Assembly: GCA_964391105.1 (NCBI GenBank)
Contig: CAYMKC010000002.1
Coordinates: 1-47,573, forward strand
Length of the DNA stretch: 47,573 bases
Direction of reading: 5' to 3'
Source: an uncultured Thermoplasmatales archaeon
GTDB lineage: Archaea > Thermoplasmatota > Thermoplasmata > Thermoplasmatales > GCA-001856825
Shown: positions 45,582-47,573 of the stretch, in pieces
Numbering within the stretch: position 1 is the first letter of the stretch
How the letters are laid out: each line of letters starts with the position of its first letter
Translations under genes and position numbers: made by a program
The notes under the pieces: model-generated
What the model was told of the DNA's origin: nothing
Database searches by the model: none
The model's input: only the letters and a program-made list of their open reading frames with translations

Positions 45582-46206
45582 CCCTCTCCTCTATCTTTCC
45601 CTTAATGACCTTCAGCGTAATGAACGTCTCCCTATCGATCTCGTCGAGTTTCATCTTGATGTAGTTTGCCGTCTCGGTGAGTCTCGGTATCAAAACGTTC
45701 TCTATCGAATTCGTCCTCCTCTTCGTCTTGTCGATCTCTATCAGGAGCCTCCTCATGGCCACTTCCTTTTCTGCTATCACAAGGAGCCTGTTGAGCAGCT
45801 CGACAAATGTTTCTCTCGTCTCCATCAGTGATGTGGGTAGCGAAAGCATCTCATATAGCTGGTCCATGAAGCTGTTCTGCTTCGCCATAGAGACCCGAGG
45901 GATCTTCACTCCCATTACGTTCTTCGATGTCACGTCGACCTTGATTCCTGGTTGAAAGAATGCAGTGTTCTCTATGATCAATTTGCCGGAGAATATCTCT
46001 GCCAGCCTCTCGCTGGTGATGGACTTCTCGATGAGCCCCTTTATATTCCCCTTGAGCCCCTTGACCTCTCTGGAAATGGAGAAGAATTCCATAATGAGGG
46101 ACGATCTCTTCAGCTTGAGCAGGTCCAGGCCCCTCTTTGCCAGCTTGACCCTTCCCTTCGTCTTGAGGAGTTCCATTCTTGTGGGGCGAATGTTGGTTGT
46201 TTCCAA
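45565..46206 (-). CDS. atpD: A-type ATP synthase subunit D (central stalk)
   Basis: 213 aa. 'IRPTRMELLKTKGRVKLAKRGLDLLKLKR' is the typical subunit-D N-terminus. It starts 1 nt after the atpB stop. Confidence 0.9.
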   Translation of the reverse strand: METTNIRPTRMELLKTKGRVKLAKRGLDLLKLKRSSLIMEFFSISREVKGLKGNIKGLIEKSITSERLAEIFSGKLIIENTAFFQPGIKVDVTSKNVMGVKIPRVSMAKQNSFMDQLYEMLSLPTSLMETRETFVELLNRLLVIAEKEVAMRRLLIEIDKTKRRTNSIENVLIPRLTETANYIKMKLDEIDRETFITLKVIKGKIEERGEESV

Positions 46207-46207
46207 C

Positions 46208-47573
46208 TCATTTCCCCCATTTTCCGTACTTCTCTATGTACTCTCTCTTTACTCTCTTCATTTCCCTCTCCGGGAGAGTCGAAAGTACTTCCCAGCCGAT
46301 ATCCATCGTCTTCTCTATCGTTCTGTCCTCGTTGAACCCCTGGTTCACGAACTTTGATTCGAACGTGTTTGCGAAATCCAGGTAGAGCCTGTCCTCCTTC
46401 CCTAGCGCCTCGGTACCGACAATGGCACTGAGGCTCTTGAGGTCAGTACCTCGGCCGTAGGCTGAATACAGCTGGTCCGCAACTCCCCTGTGGTCTTCCC
46501 TGGTCCTTCCCTTGCCGATCCCCTGGTTCATCAGCCTGGATAGTGATGGAAGCACGTTGATCGGCGGATATATTCCCTTCCTGTGAAGTTCCCTGCTGAC
46601 AAAAATTTGGCCCTCGGTGATATACCCAGTAAGATCCGGTATCGGGTGAGTCATATCGTCGGAAGGCATGGACAGGATCGGGAGTTGGGTAATCGAACCG
46701 TTCCTTCCCCTTATCTTGCCCGCTCTCTCGTAGATGGTGGATAGATCTGTGTACATGTATCCAGGATAGCCTCTCCTTCCCGGTACCTCTTCCCTCGCGG
46801 CCGATATCTCTCTCAGGGCCTCGCAGTAGTTGGTGAAGTCGGTGAGTATCACGAGGACGTGCATCTCCTTTTCATATGCAAGGTACTCTGCTGCGGTCAG
46901 TGCGACCCTTGGTAGGATTATCCTTTCCATGGATGGGCTCGAGGCAAGGTTCAGGAACAGAACAGACCGCATGAGAGCACCCGTCTTCCTGAACTCATCA
47001 ATGAAGAAGTTTGCCTCTTCGGACGTGATTCCCATTGCACCGAAAATGATCGAGAATCCTTCCGACGAGCTGAGCACCTTTGCCTGCCTTGCGATCTGGG
47101 CAGCTATCTTGTTGTGAGGCAGTCCTGACCCTGAGAATATCGGCAGTTTCTGCCCCCTCACCAATGTGTTCATTCCGTCAATCGTGGATATCCCCGTCTG
47201 TATGAACTCGGACGGCTCTTCCCTCGAGTACGGATTTATCGCATTTCCGACTATCTCGACCTTCTCCTCCGATAGCACCGGACTCATAGCATCGAGAGGC
47301 TCTCCCAGTCCGTTGAAGACCCTACCTATCATTTCTTCAGATACTGGAATTCTCGCGATGTCTCCCCTGAATCTCACCGAAGTGCTTGCGATGTCTAGTC
47401 CAGTGGTTGATCCAAATATCTGAACTACGGCCAATCCCTTCCTGGTGTCGAGGACCTGTCCCGTCCTGACCTCGCCGTTGCCGAGGGTTATCTCCACCAT
47501 CTCATTGTACCCGATGTGGTCGACTTTTTCAACGAACAATAGGGGGCCGGCTATCTTCGAAACAGTCTTGTAC
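46208..47573 (-). CDS. atpB: A-type ATP synthase subunit B (partial; 5' end beyond the window)
   Basis: Strong AtpB sequence ('[21 protein letters not shown]'). The frame stays open upstream of the track's TTG at 47539 and reads '[17 protein letters not shown]', the conserved AtpB N-terminal region. The gene therefore continues past nt 47573. Confidence 0.95.
   Translation of the reverse strand, partial: YKTVSKIAGPLLFVEKVDHIGYNEMVEITLGNGEVRTGQVLDTRKGLAVVQIFGSTTGLDIASTSVRFRGDIARIPVSEEMIGRVFNGLGEPLDAMSPVLSEEKVEIVGNAINPYSREEPSEFIQTGISTIDGMNTLVRGQKLPIFSGSGLPHNKIAAQIARQAKVLSSSEGFSIIFGAMGITSEEANFFIDEFRKTGALMRSVLFLNLASSPSMERIILPRVALTAAEYLAYEKEMHVLVILTDFTNYCEALREISAAREEVPGRRGYPGYMYTDLSTIYERAGKIRGRNGSITQLPILSMPSDDMTHPIPDLTGYITEGQIFVSRELHRKGIYPPINVLPSLSRLMNQGIGKGRTREDHRGVADQLYSAYGRGTDLKSLSAIVGTEALGKEDRLYLDFANTFESKFVNQGFNEDRTIEKTMDIGWEVLSTLPEREMKRVKREYIEKYGKWGK

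Noticed and set aside
1-47573. Search by eye for CRISPR arrays, tandem DNA repeats, rRNA and tRNA genes
   Set aside because: No regularly spaced direct repeats, no long non-coding GC-rich stretches and no cloverleaf-compatible segments were seen. The intergenic regions are short (mostly under 200 nt) and AT-rich.

Overview
Gene-dense archaeal chromosome segment, roughly 90% coding. Start/stop overlaps such as ATGA and TGATG are frequent. AT-rich TATA-like boxes sit about 22-28 nt upstream of many start codons, which fits leaderless transcripts. The gene content points to a Thermoplasmata-like euryarchaeon; this is an inference, since no search was possible. Supporting genes are A-type ATPase subunits B/D/H/I, AglB, CDP-archaeol synthase, archease, the Sm-L37e pair, EndA, Nob1, pyruvoyl arginine decarboxylase and a four-subunit 2-oxoacid:ferredoxin oxidoreductase next to IorAB. 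Most of the window is housekeeping: leuS, purF, mtnP, nth, XPD, a beta-CASP RNase, and a porGDAB-iorAB-panE block. I found no tRNA, rRNA or CRISPR array. All family calls come from motif recognition by eye, not from database searches. The main observations are: (1) a 2,050-aa ORF in which a complete AglB oligosaccharyltransferase continues into a ~1,100-aa sequon-dense beta-sandwich array with its own C-terminal anchor, and it is translationally coupled to a small sequon-rich anchored protein; (2) a divergently transcribed pair of zinc-ribbon proteins of unknown function; (3) an IS200/IS605 TnpB relic abutting a pseudogenised duplicate of the neighbouring flippase gene; (4) an ABC importer-like module with a duplicated permease and a stand-alone AAA-associated domain but no binding-protein gene; (5) a non-canonical A-ATPase gene order, with a possible 42-aa membrane micro-ORF between atpD and atpH; (6) a perfect 15-bp palindrome between the TATA box and start of a DtxR-type regulator. 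The ORF track missed ribosomal protein L37e because it is under 60 aa. It also over-extends several N-termini and truncates atpB, which actually runs off the window end.
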